Below are positions 39,617 through 50,277 of a stretch of 64,000 bases of DNA, in pieces. This DNA comes from an uncultured Thermotogae bacterium (GTDB taxonomy: Bacteria; Bipolaricaulota; Bipolaricaulia; UBA7950; UBA9294), in NCBI GenBank assembly GCA_964558595.1, contig CAZLER010000008.1, forward strand, positions 830-64,829, written 5' to 3'. Within the stretch, counting starts at the first letter, position 1. Each line of letters begins with the position of its first letter. The position numbers and the translations under genes are program-made. A model generated the notes under the pieces. It did not search any database. It saw only the letters and a list, made by a program, of their open reading frames with translations, and was not told the origin of the DNA.

Positions 39617-41290
39617 GTGAAACGCTGGGTGGTCGGGGGGATCGCGGTCCTGGTTGCCTCCCTCGCGGCGTCGACGGTCTACGCCGCGCCGGCCTCCATC
39701 CTCCATAACGGTGTGCCGCTGTCGCTCGATCCTCCGGGGGTGATGGAGCACGGAACGCTGCTCGTGCCGATGGCGGCGTTCGGGCGATCGATCGGGATGG
39801 AGGTCGTCCAAAGCGGTGATCGGCTGTCGCTGCGGTGGAGCGGTGGTCAGATGCAGACGGACGCCGACCTCTACCCGTTCCGACACGGGGTCCCGTACGC
39901 CGGGATCGATACCCTTGTCGGATGGTCCGGCGGTGAGGTGCATCGGATCGGTGACGTTTGGCACGTCGAAACGATCCCCGCCGCGCTCACGGGGATCGAA
40001 GCGACCCCCCAGCGGGTCGTCCTTCGCTTCGACGGATTCGTCCCGATCCAGGTCGAACCCCCGAGCGGAGGGGAGCTGCGCCTGCGCATCGATCACTGTC
40101 GTTTGGGGATCGCGCCTCGCGTGTTCTTGCTCGGCGAGGGAGGGGTTGAGGCCGTGCGCCTCCCCGTCGACACCGACGGGCGGATCGAGGTTCGGATTGC
40201 GCTCGCGGAGGGGAGCTCGTTCCAAACGCAGACGCACCAATCACCCGGACACTACGCCTACGCCCTCGTCCCGGCCGAGCGTCCCGGCTCCGAATCTGTC
40301 ATTCGGCTCGACGAGCGGCGATCGCTACACACCTTGGCGACCGTGCTGTCGGACGAGACGGTTCATGCCGATTGGATCCGAGTCGAGGGCTGGCGCGACC
40401 GGTATCGACTGACGCCCGCGGTGGCGCCTTTCGGGAGGGAGACGTTGGTATCGCTGGAAGCGATTGCCGACGCGGTCGGAGCCGATGTCGCGGTATTCCT
40501 CGGTTGCGGGGATTCGAGCCGGCCGCTCGATCTCCTGGTCGTCGACGGCACCCCGCAGGTTGTCGGCCAAGGGGTACACGAAGGGCTGACGCTCGATCTG
40601 TTCGGGCGCTGGTCGTCGTTCTCGTCGACGGCCGCGATCCAGGCGAGACACCGAGGAAGGTGTGTGCCGATCGACGACGTCAACCGTCCGCTGCTGTACG
40701 GGGAGGCGGTGGCCTACTCGACCGGGTACATGGGGACGACCGCCCGCGGCGTGCCGGGATCGTTCCGGGTCGTCAAGCTCCGCGACAAGCGGGTTGTGTC
40801 GGTCTACGAGGGGCCGTTCGTGGCTGCGGATCCGACGGCGACGCTGCTCGTGGCAAGCGGCGAGGCGAAGGGGGGATTCGCCTCGATCGGATTGGGCGAC
40901 ACGGTTGAGCTGGAATGCGTGCTCGAGGCGGGTGGCGAGCCGCTCGTGCACGCGTTCACGGCTGGACCGGTGCTCTACCAGGACGGGGTGCCGATCGTCG
41001 TGCCAGAAGATGACGGCTCGACATCGCCGCCGGCCTGGGCGGTCGTCGCGACGGATTGGCACGGCGCTCTGACGGTGCTTCGGTTCCACCGCGCTGCCGG
41101 CTCGGAGCGAGATGTCGTCGCCGATCTCCTCTCGCTTCTCGAACGGATGCCGGCCCCGGTCCGCGACGCGATCGTGGTCGCACGATGCGGGGAGGTCTCG
41201 CTGTTTGCGCGGGATCGGTTCGGCGGCACCCGTCGGGGGGGCTCGGAGCCCGGCGCGGTGGCGCTGTGCTTGGTCCCGCTGGCTCGATGA
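39617..41290 (+). CDS. Secreted protein with copper-amine-oxidase-N-terminal-like stalk domain and DUF2233/phosphodiester-glycosidase-like C-terminal region
   Basis: Signal peptide; LHNGVPLSLDPPGVMEHGTLLVPMAAFGRSIGMEV matches the Cu_amine_oxidN1 pattern. C-terminal assignment is tentative. Confidence 0.45.
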   Translation: MKRWVVGGIAVLVASLAASTVYAAPASILHNGVPLSLDPPGVMEHGTLLVPMAAFGRSIGMEVVQSGDRLSLRWSGGQMQTDADLYPFRHGVPYAGIDTLVGWSGGEVHRIGDVWHVETIPAALTGIEATPQRVVLRFDGFVPIQVEPPSGGELRLRIDHCRLGIAPRVFLLGEGGVEAVRLPVDTDGRIEVRIALAEGSSFQTQTHQSPGHYAYALVPAERPGSESVIRLDERRSLHTLATVLSDETVHADWIRVEGWRDRYRLTPAVAPFGRETLVSLEAIADAVGADVAVFLGCGDSSRPLDLLVVDGTPQVVGQGVHEGLTLDLFGRWSSFSSTAAIQARHRGRCVPIDDVNRPLLYGEAVAYSTGYMGTTARGVPGSFRVVKLRDKRVVSVYEGPFVAADPTATLLVASGEAKGGFASIGLGDTVELECVLEAGGEPLVHAFTAGPVLYQDGVPIVVPEDDGSTSPPAWAVVATDWHGALTVLRFHRAAGSERDVVADLLSLLERMPAPVRDAIVVARCGEVSLFARDRFGGTRRGGSEPGAVALCLVPLAR

Positions 41291-42792
41291 GGCGACTGGC
41301 ACGCGATATCCTGCTGATGGCCTTGGCGACTGCGCTGTCGCGGGTGTTGGGCCTGGTGCGGGACGTGGCCATCGCCGACCGGTTTGGGGCCGGAGCAACG
41401 TACGACGCGTTTCTCATCGCGTTTTTCGTCCCGCACTTCCTGAGGCAGCTGTTGGCCGAGGGGGCGCTGTCCACGGCGTTCGTCCCCCTCTACGCAGGGC
41501 TACAGGTCGCCGGTGACGATGCCGATCGCTTCGCCAGCAACGTGCTCACATGGCTGTTGGTGGGGTTCCCCGTTGTGGTCGGCGTGGGCATCTGGCTGGC
41601 GCCGATGTACGTGCCCTTCCTGGCCAGCGGCTTCCCGACGGAGAAAGTGACCCTTGCCGTGGAGCTGACCCGGATCGTCTTCCCGTTCATCGCCCTCGTG
41701 GGCCTGGCGGCGGTGTTCATGGGGATCCTCAACGCGCATCGCAGGTTCTTCGCTGCCTCCATGGCGCCGGCCTGGTTCAACGTCGGGATGATCCTCGGGA
41801 TCGTCCTGTTGACGCCTCGGTTCCCGGAGGTTCCAGCGGTCGGCCTGGCGGTCGGCGTGCTGCTGGGGGGCTGCGGGCAGCTCGCCGCCCAACTGCCGGC
41901 GCTCCGGCGGGTCCGGTTTCGCTTTCGTCCGAGCCTGTGGCCGGTCCATCCGGCGCTGTTGCGGTTGGTCGGTCTGATGGCACCAGCCGTGGTGACGTTG
42001 GCCGTCGCCCAGGTGAACCTGCTCGTCGACAACAAGCTCGCTTCGCACCTCGGTGACGGCGGGATCGCATCGCTGCAATACGGGATGCGGCTCTTCCAGC
42101 TGCCGTTGGGCGTATTCGCGGTCAGCGTCGGTACCGCGCTGCTTCCGAGGCTGTCGGAGGCTTGGACCCGACGGGATCCGAAGCGGTTCTCGCGGCAGCT
42201 GACCGACGGTATCGCTCTTTGTGCGCTGGTCCTGCTGCCGGCGACGGCCGGGTTGTTGGCGGTCGGAGGCGGCATCGTCCGTTGGTTGTTTGAGCACGGA
42301 TCGTTCCATCCGGATGACACGCTGCGCACTGCCCGGGTGCTGGCGTTCTACGCGATCGGACTGCTGCCGTACGGGCTGATCTACCTGTTTTCTCGGGCGT
42401 TCTACGCACTCGGACGGACACGCCTTCCGCTGTTCGCCGCTGGGATTGCCGTGGCGGTGAACGTGGGGCTCGACCTGTTGCTGGTGGCCCCGATGGAGGA
42501 AGCGGGGCTGGCGCTGGCGACCGCGGTGGCGGGCATCGCCAATGGCTTGGTCCTCGGGATCGCGCTTCGGCGATGGATCTCGCTGCCGACGCGAGCGTTG
42601 GCGCTGTCGACGTTGGGTAGTGGGATCGTCTTCGGGCTGGCCTGGGGGATGAAGAGCATCCTCGGTGGCGGGCCGATCGCCGTGATCGGCCCGATCCTGC
42701 TCGGGATCGCGTTCTACGCCGTGTACGTACGCTGCACGCCGCTGTGGGGGCTGATCGCCCGGGTCCGATCGGGCGTGTCCGTGGAGGGTTGA
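41287..42792 (+). CDS. murJ: Lipid II flippase MurJ
   Basis: ORF 41056..42792 trimmed to ATG 41287 (ATGA overlap). 14-TM MviN/MurJ pattern (…ATYDAFLIAFFVP…). Confidence 0.85.
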   Translation: MRRLARDILLMALATALSRVLGLVRDVAIADRFGAGATYDAFLIAFFVPHFLRQLLAEGALSTAFVPLYAGLQVAGDDADRFASNVLTWLLVGFPVVVGVGIWLAPMYVPFLASGFPTEKVTLAVELTRIVFPFIALVGLAAVFMGILNAHRRFFAASMAPAWFNVGMILGIVLLTPRFPEVPAVGLAVGVLLGGCGQLAAQLPALRRVRFRFRPSLWPVHPALLRLVGLMAPAVVTLAVAQVNLLVDNKLASHLGDGGIASLQYGMRLFQLPLGVFAVSVGTALLPRLSEAWTRRDPKRFSRQLTDGIALCALVLLPATAGLLAVGGGIVRWLFEHGSFHPDDTLRTARVLAFYAIGLLPYGLIYLFSRAFYALGRTRLPLFAAGIAVAVNVGLDLLLVAPMEEAGLALATAVAGIANGLVLGIALRRWISLPTRALALSTLGSGIVFGLAWGMKSILGGGPIAVIGPILLGIAFYAVYVRCTPLWGLIARVRSGVSVEG

Positions 42793-42794
42793 CG

Positions 42795-43115
42795 TTAGGG
42801 GTTGACGTCGAGCGCTTCCTTGGCGGAATCGGACATCCGGTCGAACGACCACGGAGGGTCGAATACCAGGCCGACCTCCACGTCGTCGACCGTGTCAAAC
42901 GCGTTGCGGACCACGCCCTCGACTTCGGTCGCGAGGGTTCCGGCTTCCGGCGCGTCGGGACGGGTGAGGGACAGGTCGATTCGGATCCGATCCTCCTCGA
43001 CCTGAAGTCCGTAGACCAGGCCGAGATCGACGATGTTGACGTTCCAGGATGGGTCGAGCACGTTCTTGAGAACGGCCCGCACCTCATCAACGGTGGGGCG
43101 AGCGGTTTCGGTCAT
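42795..43115 (-). CDS. MIP18/DUF59 family Fe-S cluster assembly protein (SufT-like)
   Basis: 106 aa; VLDPSWNVNIVDLGLVYGLQVEE is the DUF59 signature. Confidence 0.7.
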   Translation of the reverse strand: MTETARPTVDEVRAVLKNVLDPSWNVNIVDLGLVYGLQVEEDRIRIDLSLTRPDAPEAGTLATEVEGVVRNAFDTVDDVEVGLVFDPPWSFDRMSDSAKEALDVNP

Positions 43116-44950
43116 CCTGTGGCCGGCTGGGGAACGAGCGACTCGAACAAGCGGTCGAGCTCCGCGCCGGCGATCACCTCCTGATCGAGAAGCTCGCTGG
43201 CCAGGCGGTCGAGCACCGCGCGGTGCTCCTTGAGAAGCGCCTTCGCCTTCTCGTAGGAACGCACCATCAACGAGCGGATCTCCCTGTCCACCAGCGCCGA
43301 CAGCTCCTCAGAGTGTTCGTCACTCTTCACGATCTCCTCGCCGAGGAACACGTCGACACGCTCGCGGGCGAGGCTGATCGGGCCGAGCTTCGAACTCATG
43401 CCGTACTCGACGATCATCCGTTTGGCGAGGTCGGTTGCTCGCTTGAGATCGTCGTGGGCGCCGGTGGTCAATTCGTTGAACACCAGTTCCTCGGCCGCCC
43501 GTCCTCCGAATAGCGTGGTCAGCGTGTCGCGCAGCTCGTCCTCGGAGACGATGTACTTGTCCTCCAACGGAAGCTGCAGGGTGAATCCGAGCGCTCCATC
43601 AGATCTCGGGATGATCGAGATCTTGTGAACTGGATAGGCATGGGGAAGCAGCCATCCCACGAGGGCATGGCCGGACTCGTGGTAGGCGATCCGTTCGCGG
43701 ACGTCCGCCCCCAACACCATCCCCTTGCGCCGGACGCCGGCGATCACGCGGTCCGTCGCCTCTTCGAAGTCGGTCATATCGATCGCTTCCTTGTCGGCGC
43801 GGGCGGCCAACAGGGCGGCCTCGTTGCACAGGTTCCGTAGGTCGGCGCCGACGAACCCGGGGGTTCGCCGAGCGACGATTTTGATGTCGACGTCGTCGGC
43901 CACGCGCTTGTTGCGAAGATGAACCGCGAGGATCTCCGCACGGCCGTTCAGGTCGGGCCGGGGTGCCGTGATCCTTCGGTCGAACCGTCCCGGACGCAGG
44001 AGTGCCGGATCGAGCACGTCGGGTCGGTTGGTGGCGGCGAGCAGGATGATGCCACGATTCGGCCGGAATCCATCCATCTCGGCGAGTAGCTGGTTGAGCG
44101 TCTGCTCGCGCTCGTCGTGCCCCCCGCCGAGTCCCGCGCCACGCTTGCGCCCGACCGCGTCGATCTCGTCGATGAAGATGATGCATGGGGCGCTCGCCTT
44201 CGCCTTCTCGAACATGTCCCGCACACGGGCCGCTCCGACGCCGACGAACATCTCGACGAAATCCGAACCGCTGATCGAGAAGAAGGGGACCTTGGCCTCG
44301 CCCGCGATCGCCTTCGCCAGCAGGGTCTTCCCGGTTCCCGGCGCGCCGATGAGCAGCACGCCCTTGGGCACTTCGGCGCCGAGCTTGCCGAACCGCTTGG
44401 GGTCCTTGAGGTAGTCGACGATCTCCTCGACCTCTTCCTTCACCTCGTCGATCCCGGCGACGTCGGCGAACGTGACCTCCGTCGATTCTGGGCGCACCAG
44501 CTTGGCCTTCGACTGGCCGAATGACAGCGCTCCGCCGCCGGTCTGGGTTCTTCGCATGATGTAGATCCATACGGCAATCAACAGGACGATCGGCAGCAGC
44601 GAGACGAGAATCGTGGTCCAGATGCTGCCGTCCGACGGGGGCTCGTAGATCACCTCGGGGACGTTCTGGTCGAGCAGATCGAAGTACAGCGCGACATCTT
44701 GCGGGAGCTGCGCGGACAACGTGCTGCCGTCGACGAGCACGGCCTGGGCGATGCTGTCCTTGATCGTCACTTGGGCGACTTGCCCGGTCTCCACGAAGTT
44801 GCGGAACAGGCTCCAGCTGATCTCGTTCTGCCCGCTGTCCCGACCGAACCACGACTGAAGCAGGATCAGGCCGAGAATCACGACGATCGTGATGAAGGCG
44901 ATGTTGCGGAGGTTGCGGTTGCGCATCTCTCGCAGCGGGTCCTTGTCCAT
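43112..44950 (-). CDS. ftsH: ATP-dependent zinc metalloprotease FtsH
   Basis: 2 TM helices, AAA+ module (GAPGTGKT), zinc-binding HESGHAL. SD AGGAG 6 nt upstream. Confidence 0.9.
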   Translation of the reverse strand: MDKDPLREMRNRNLRNIAFITIVVILGLILLQSWFGRDSGQNEISWSLFRNFVETGQVAQVTIKDSIAQAVLVDGSTLSAQLPQDVALYFDLLDQNVPEVIYEPPSDGSIWTTILVSLLPIVLLIAVWIYIMRRTQTGGGALSFGQSKAKLVRPESTEVTFADVAGIDEVKEEVEEIVDYLKDPKRFGKLGAEVPKGVLLIGAPGTGKTLLAKAIAGEAKVPFFSISGSDFVEMFVGVGAARVRDMFEKAKASAPCIIFIDEIDAVGRKRGAGLGGGHDEREQTLNQLLAEMDGFRPNRGIILLAATNRPDVLDPALLRPGRFDRRITAPRPDLNGRAEILAVHLRNKRVADDVDIKIVARRTPGFVGADLRNLCNEAALLAARADKEAIDMTDFEEATDRVIAGVRRKGMVLGADVRERIAYHESGHALVGWLLPHAYPVHKISIIPRSDGALGFTLQLPLEDKYIVSEDELRDTLTTLFGGRAAEELVFNELTTGAHDDLKRATDLAKRMIVEYGMSSKLGPISLARERVDVFLGEEIVKSDEHSEELSALVDREIRSLMVRSYEKAKALLKEHRAVLDRLASELLDQEVIAGAELDRLFESLVPQPATG

Positions 44951-45035
44951 CTCATCTCCTTGGTTGAGCTACGGCTGGATTGTAGCACCCGACCGGAAGG
45001 GGATCAAACACAGTACTGTACGGCAGTATCGATCC

Positions 45036-45698
45036 CTACTGCGGCCGCCGTCCGCGCCGGAGCCGCTTCCAGAGTTGGAGGCGGGAGAATACCCGCTCCT
45101 CTCCTCGCATGAGACGGCGGAGGTTGGAGCGGTGCGTGGCCACGATGAACGCCGCCAGACCAGCGGTGAGACCGATCAGGAGCAGCGGATACGACCAGGC
45201 CGTATACCGATCGAGGAGCCACGCGGAAAGCGGGATCGTCCACGCCGCCAGGATCGAGCCGAGGGAGACGATCCCGAAGACGAACAGTGTCACCAGGAAC
45301 ACGGCGAGGGCGCACAGCACGGGAAGGGGGGCGACGGCCAACAGCATGCCCCCCGCTGTCGCCACTCCCTTGCCGCCTCGAAATCCCGTGGTGATCGGGA
45401 ACACGTGGCCGATGACGGCGGTGAGCCCGCATAGGATGGCTACGGTGTCGAGCGCCAGCGGCAACGGACCGAACGGCAGACGGGAGATCCCCGCGGCGGC
45501 CGCCGCGCCCTTGGCCGTGTCCAACATCGCCACCGGCAGCCCCACGCGCCAACCGAGAACGCGCCATGCGTTGGTGGCCCCGGCGTTGCCGCTGCCGTGG
45601 TCGCGGATATCGATGCCGCGTATCCAGCGGCCGAGCAGCACCGCCGAGGGGATCGCCCCGACGAGATAGGAGAGAATCAGCAATCCCGCCAGCGCCAC
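45036..45698 (-). CDS. plsY: Glycerol-3-phosphate acyltransferase PlsY
   Basis: ORF trimmed to GTG 45698 (SD GAGGAG 5 nt upstream); HGSGNAGATN and FKGGKGVAT motifs. This start shares 1 nt with the yloV stop. Confidence 0.8.
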   Translation of the reverse strand: MALAGLLILSYLVGAIPSAVLLGRWIRGIDIRDHGSGNAGATNAWRVLGWRVGLPVAMLDTAKGAAAAAGISRLPFGPLPLALDTVAILCGLTAVIGHVFPITTGFRGGKGVATAGGMLLAVAPLPVLCALAVFLVTLFVFGIVSLGSILAAWTIPLSAWLLDRYTAWSYPLLLIGLTAGLAAFIVATHRSNLRRLMRGEERVFSRLQLWKRLRRGRRPQ

Positions 45699-47542
45699 TA
45701 CCGGCTCCTCGCCGCGATGGCACGGTCGAGCCACGCTTCATCGGTCACCGCGATCGCTGCCGCCCCCGGTCCGGCGTGGCTGCCGATCGCCGGGGCGGTG
45801 TCGGTGACCCACACCCGGGCGTTGTGTGCTTTCAACAGCAGCTGGGTGCGGTACGCCTCGGCCAGCTGCGGAGCGGCGGAGTGGCTGACGATGAACACCG
45901 GACGTTCCATCCTCCGGGCGTCCTGCAGCACCCGGGTCAGGATGCGCTGGCGTGCCGTCCGGTCGCCGAACGCCTTGCCCGCCGGGGCCAGCCCTCCCTC
46001 CTTCCCGGCGAGGATCGGGTGGAGGTGGAGCAGTTTGGCGAGCCGTCCCTTCAGCGGTGACAGCCGCCCGCCACGGACGAAGTAGTCGACGGTCGGGACG
46101 TAGACGTAGACGAAGGTCCTTCGTGTCGCCTCCCGCGCAATCTCCACGCAGTCGGAGAGCGCGCACCCGGCCTCGATTGCCGTGGACGTCGCCCACACCA
46201 CCAGGCCCTCGAAGGCCGACGCCGATCGGGAATCGACGATCTCGATCGGAAGGCCGGTCTCCTCACGCACCTGGGCCGCCGCAGCCTCCGCACTCTGCCC
46301 CGTTCCGGAGAGCTCAGCCGATAGGTGGATGGAGACGATCGCTTCGTAGCTGTTCGCCAGATGGCGGTACACCGTGAGGAAGTCGATCGGGCGCGGTTGC
46401 GATGTACGAGGAAACACCGACGAGGTTCGGAGCCGGTCGTAGAACTGTCGTGGCGTGATGTCCACGCGGTCCAAGAGCACCTCGTCACCGAACGCCAGAC
46501 GAACCGGGATCACGTGGATTCTGCGCTCGGTCAGCAGCTCGATCGGCAGGTCGCAGGCGGTATCGGTGACCAATGCGATCCCCGAGCGATCGATCGGGGC
46601 CTGCTGATCGGCGATCGCGGCGAGCATGTCGTCGATCTTCGAGTTGTGAACCTCGCCGTACGCGGACAGCGTGGCGAGGGCGTACGCAGGCACGTTGGTG
46701 TGTACGTGGGCGTGGAGCTCCGTCTCCCCCCCCGCGACGACGACCGAGTCGCCGAGGACGGATAGGTGGTCGATGATCTCCCGCTGGGGAAGCGAGGCGC
46801 CGCGGACGATCGCCTCGACGCAGTAGCGGAAATCGACCCGCTGAGACGGACGGGGAGGGGAAGGCGCAGCCGGGATGTCATCGTCCGGTTGTTCCTCGTC
46901 GTCAACCGTCCCGCGCTCGAGGAAATCCCGGATTCCCTCGAGGAAGTGCACGAACCCCAGCGCCCCGGCATCGACGACCCCCGCTTGTCGGAGGACGGCG
47001 AGACGTGCGGGCGTGTCGGCGAGTGATCGGCGCGCGACGCGAAGCCCCTCATCGAGCAGGCTCCTGAAGTCGGAGAGCCGTTCGACGTGCTGACAGAGAT
47101 GCTCGGCGACATCGCTGATCACCGTGAGAATCGTCCCCTCCCGGGGCTGCGCGAGGGCCTCCCTCGCACGCGCCGACGCTCGATGGAGCGCCTCGGCAAA
47201 CCGGTACGCGGTCAACTGAACCGAATCGCTGATCCCTTCCCGCAGTCCCTGGAAGAATTGGGCGAAGATCACGCCGGAGTTGCCCTGGGCGCCGGTCAAC
47301 GCGCTGGTGGCGATCGTCGAGCTGACCGCCGACAGCGACGGTAGCGGCTGGCGCAGTCCGTCGACGACGGCGCGCATCGTCATCGCCAGGTTCGTCCCCG
47401 TATCGCGGTCGGGGACCGGAAAGACGTTGATACGATCGAGTTGATCCCGGTGGGCGATCACCCGGCGGGCTCCGGCGATCACCGATTGCCGCAGGAACTC
47501 TCGCGTCAGGCTCTGCATCGAACGATCGGCTGGCTGTGGCAT
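45698..47542 (-). CDS. yloV: DAK2 domain fusion protein YloV (Dak2 plus DegV-like domain)
   Basis: ORF 45698..47968 trimmed to ATG 47542 (47518 also possible); a -10-like TATGAT lies 9 nt upstream, suggesting a leaderless mRNA. Confidence 0.7.
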   Translation of the reverse strand: MPQPADRSMQSLTREFLRQSVIAGARRVIAHRDQLDRINVFPVPDRDTGTNLAMTMRAVVDGLRQPLPSLSAVSSTIATSALTGAQGNSGVIFAQFFQGLREGISDSVQLTAYRFAEALHRASARAREALAQPREGTILTVISDVAEHLCQHVERLSDFRSLLDEGLRVARRSLADTPARLAVLRQAGVVDAGALGFVHFLEGIRDFLERGTVDDEEQPDDDIPAAPSPPRPSQRVDFRYCVEAIVRGASLPQREIIDHLSVLGDSVVVAGGETELHAHVHTNVPAYALATLSAYGEVHNSKIDDMLAAIADQQAPIDRSGIALVTDTACDLPIELLTERRIHVIPVRLAFGDEVLLDRVDITPRQFYDRLRTSSVFPRTSQPRPIDFLTVYRHLANSYEAIVSIHLSAELSGTGQSAEAAAAQVREETGLPIEIVDSRSASAFEGLVVWATSTAIEAGCALSDCVEIAREATRRTFVYVYVPTVDYFVRGGRLSPLKGRLAKLLHLHPILAGKEGGLAPAGKAFGDRTARQRILTRVLQDARRMERPVFIVSHSAAPQLAEAYRTQLLLKAHNARVWVTDTAPAIGSHAGPGAAAIAVTDEAWLDRAIAARSR

Positions 47543-47551
47543 CACCCGGCG

Positions 47552-47581
47552 ATCATACGCAAGGAAACGGGCGACCGACAA
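47552..47581 (-). promoter_or_regulatory. Candidate yloV promoter TTGTCG-18-TATGAT (minus strand); leaderless
   Basis: Minus-strand TTGTCG (plus 47576-47581) and TATGAT (plus 47552-47557); ATG at 47542 is 9 nt from the -10. Confidence 0.4.
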
Positions 47582-47689
47582 CTGGACAATCCCTTCGGGA
47601 AACGCCGCAGGGGCCTGCCTGGTCCCGTCGGCCCTTCCCCGGCGGCCGCGGGAGAGGATCCCCCCTCCTCCCGGATAGGGTAGAGGCCG

Positions 47690-47719
47690 TTGCGGGTGCC
47701 CGATGGGCGATCGTATACT
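47690..47719 (+). promoter_or_regulatory. Candidate mutS promoter TTGCGG-18-TATACT; -10 ends 9 nt before the ATG (leaderless or near-leaderless)
   Basis: TTGCGG at 47690-47695, TATACT at 47714-47719, ATG at 47729; no SD. Confidence 0.45.
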
Positions 47720-47728
47720 GCTTTTCTC

Positions 47729-50266
47729 ATGGGCGAGCCATCGAAGAAGACGCCGATGATGCGTCAGTATTTGCGGTTCAAGGCCGAGCACCCCGGTGCC
47801 GTTTTGTTCTTCCACCTTGGCGACTTCTACGAGACGTTCTTCGATGATGCCGAGCTGGTGGCACGCGAGCTCGACATCGTGTTGACGTCGCGGAACGGTC
47901 ATCCGATGGCGGGAGTTCCGGTACGCCGAGGAGAAGCGTACGTCAATCAGCTCCTCCAGCGCGGGCACAAGGTCGCCATCTGTCAGCAGGTGGAGGACCC
48001 GAAGTCGTCCAAGGGGCTGGTGAAGCGCGACGTCGTTCGCGTCGTTACGCCCGGCACGGCGCTCGAGGATGGCGTCCTCGAGGCGGGAACGAACAACTAT
48101 CTGGCGGCGTTGGTGCCGGGCGACGGCGCGGACCGCTTCGGGGTGGCGTTTCTCGATCTGTCGACGGGAGAGTTCGTCGCCACCGAGGCCGACGGGACCG
48201 AGTCGCTTGCCGATGAGCTTGCCCGCCGCGGCCCCGTCGAGATTCTCGTTCCCGAAGGGGACGAAACGCAGTTCATGTCTATCGTGGAGGAACGGTTGCT
48301 GACCCCGGTCCCGCCGGCGTCCTTCACCGCGGAGCGGATCGATCGACCGCCCCTGGACCCGATCGCGGAGGGGCCGCTACGGGCGGCAGCCGCGCTCCTA
48401 GCGTACATCGAGCGTACGCAGCGGGGGGCCAGCGAGCACATCCGCGCGCTGGTACCCTACAGCCTGGCGGAGCGGATGGATCTCGATCCGTTCACCATCA
48501 GCAGCCTCGAACTGGTCAGGCCGCTGCGCGACACACAGGAACGGGCGACGTTGCTCCACGTGCTCGATCGGACCGGCACCAGTATGGGGAGGAGGCTGCT
48601 GCGGCGGATGATCGTCGCGCCGCTGACCGATCGAGCGGCGATCGAAGCGCGCCTGAATGCCGTGGAACGGTTCGTCGAAGCGCCGCAGGACCGGCAGCTG
48701 CTGCGGGAGCAGGTCCGGACGGTGCACGATGTCGAGCGGCTGACCGGCAAGCTTGGCACGGGGAGGATGCGGCCGATCGATCTCCATCTTCTCGTTGTCT
48801 CGCTCGGGCCGACGGCCGAAATCGCCGGTCGGCTGCGCGTCGTGGACGGTGATCGGCCGGAGGGAAGGCTGGCTGAGATCGCCGCGTCGATGAGAGAGCC
48901 CCTGCTCGGGGAGTTGGGAGGACGGTTCGCCGGGATGCTCGTCGACCAGCCGCCGGCGGAAACGAGCGACGGCGGCTTCATTCGGGCCGGATACAGCGAC
49001 GAACTGGACGCGATGCGACGGGACACGAAGGCGATTCGCACGCGGCTGGCGGCGATGGAGCAAGAGGAGCGCCAGAAGACGGGGATCCCGTCGCTGAAGG
49101 TCGGATTCAACCGGGTGTACGGCTACTACCTCGAGGTCACCCGCGCCCACCTGGACAAGGTCCCCGAGACGTACCGGCGCCGCCAGACCTTGGCGAATGC
49201 GGAGCGATTCATCACCGAGGAACTGAAGGCGCTGGAAGAGAGGGTTTCCAACGGCGAGGACCGCGCCAGGGCACTCGAACAGGCGTTGTTCGAGGAAGCG
49301 CTTGGCCGGTTGCGGGAGGCGATTCCGCTACTCCAGCGGCTCGCGGACGCCCTGGCCGAGCTGGACGTTCTCCTCGCGCTGGCGGAGACCGCCCATCGCT
49401 CCGGGTACGCTCGACCGACGTTCACCGACCGCCACGAGGTCCTCGTGCGCGGAGGTCGTCATCCGGTGGTCGAGCGCGTCGAGGAGTTCGTGCCCAACGA
49501 CCTCGTGCTCGAGGAGGGTCGGGACCTCGTGATCCTCACCGGACCGAACATGGCCGGGAAATCCGTGTACCTGCGGCAGATGGCACTGATCAGCCTGATG
49601 GCACAGCTGGGCTCGTTCGTGCCGGCGGACGAAGCCGTGCTGCCGATTGTCGACCGGGTGTTCGCGCGAGTCGGGGCCAGCGACATGTTGTCGGCAGGGA
49701 TCAGCACGTTCATGATGGAGATGCTCGAGGTGGCGACGATCCTGCGGCGGGCCTCCGCCCGAAGTCTGATCATCCTCGATGAGATGGGCCGAGGCACGAG
49801 CACGTTCGACGGTGTCTCGATCGCTTGGGCGGTGGCCAAAGAGCTCGCGTCGCGCGTGCGCGCCAAAACCCTGTTCGCCACGCACTATCAGGAGTTGACC
49901 CGCCTCGTCGACGAAGTGCCGAATGCGTTCAACCTTCACGTCGCGGTGAAGGAGGTCGGCAAGGAGATCGTCTTCCTCCATCGGGTGGAGCCGGGAACGG
50001 CGGCGGGCAGCTACGGGGTGCACGTCGCACGGCTGGCCGGCCTTCCGGAGCGCGTCACCGAGACGGCGGATCGGATCCTCTCCGAGCTGCTCGAGGATGC
50101 GCCGCTATCTCAACTGGGGAGGACGGCGGAAGCACACGAATCGCTGCCGCTATTCGGATCGGAGGAGCATCCGGTGGTCAAGCAGCTGCGCCAGATCGAT
50201 CCGAACCGGCTCACCCCCCTCGAGGCGCTACGGCTGCTGGCCGACCTGCGCAGCCGACTCGATTGA
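47729..50266 (+). CDS. mutS: DNA mismatch repair protein MutS
   Basis: ORF 47690 (TTG) trimmed to ATG 47729; KTPMMRQYL N-terminus; Walker A GPNMAGKS; C-terminal domain. Confidence 0.9.
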   Translation: MGEPSKKTPMMRQYLRFKAEHPGAVLFFHLGDFYETFFDDAELVARELDIVLTSRNGHPMAGVPVRRGEAYVNQLLQRGHKVAICQQVEDPKSSKGLVKRDVVRVVTPGTALEDGVLEAGTNNYLAALVPGDGADRFGVAFLDLSTGEFVATEADGTESLADELARRGPVEILVPEGDETQFMSIVEERLLTPVPPASFTAERIDRPPLDPIAEGPLRAAAALLAYIERTQRGASEHIRALVPYSLAERMDLDPFTISSLELVRPLRDTQERATLLHVLDRTGTSMGRRLLRRMIVAPLTDRAAIEARLNAVERFVEAPQDRQLLREQVRTVHDVERLTGKLGTGRMRPIDLHLLVVSLGPTAEIAGRLRVVDGDRPEGRLAEIAASMREPLLGELGGRFAGMLVDQPPAETSDGGFIRAGYSDELDAMRRDTKAIRTRLAAMEQEERQKTGIPSLKVGFNRVYGYYLEVTRAHLDKVPETYRRRQTLANAERFITEELKALEERVSNGEDRARALEQALFEEALGRLREAIPLLQRLADALAELDVLLALAETAHRSGYARPTFTDRHEVLVRGGRHPVVERVEEFVPNDLVLEEGRDLVILTGPNMAGKSVYLRQMALISLMAQLGSFVPADEAVLPIVDRVFARVGASDMLSAGISTFMMEMLEVATILRRASARSLIILDEMGRGTSTFDGVSIAWAVAKELASRVRAKTLFATHYQELTRLVDEVPNAFNLHVAVKEVGKEIVFLHRVEPGTAAGSYGVHVARLAGLPERVTETADRILSELLEDAPLSQLGRTAEAHESLPLFGSEEHPVVKQLRQIDPNRLTPLEALRLLADLRSRLD

Positions 50267-50277
50267 CAGGAGAAGCG

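Noticed and set aside
41500-43090. Minus-strand ORFs 41500-42852 and 42122-43090
   Set aside because: Antisense to murJ (clear 14-TM flippase) and overlapping the MIP18 gene in another frame.
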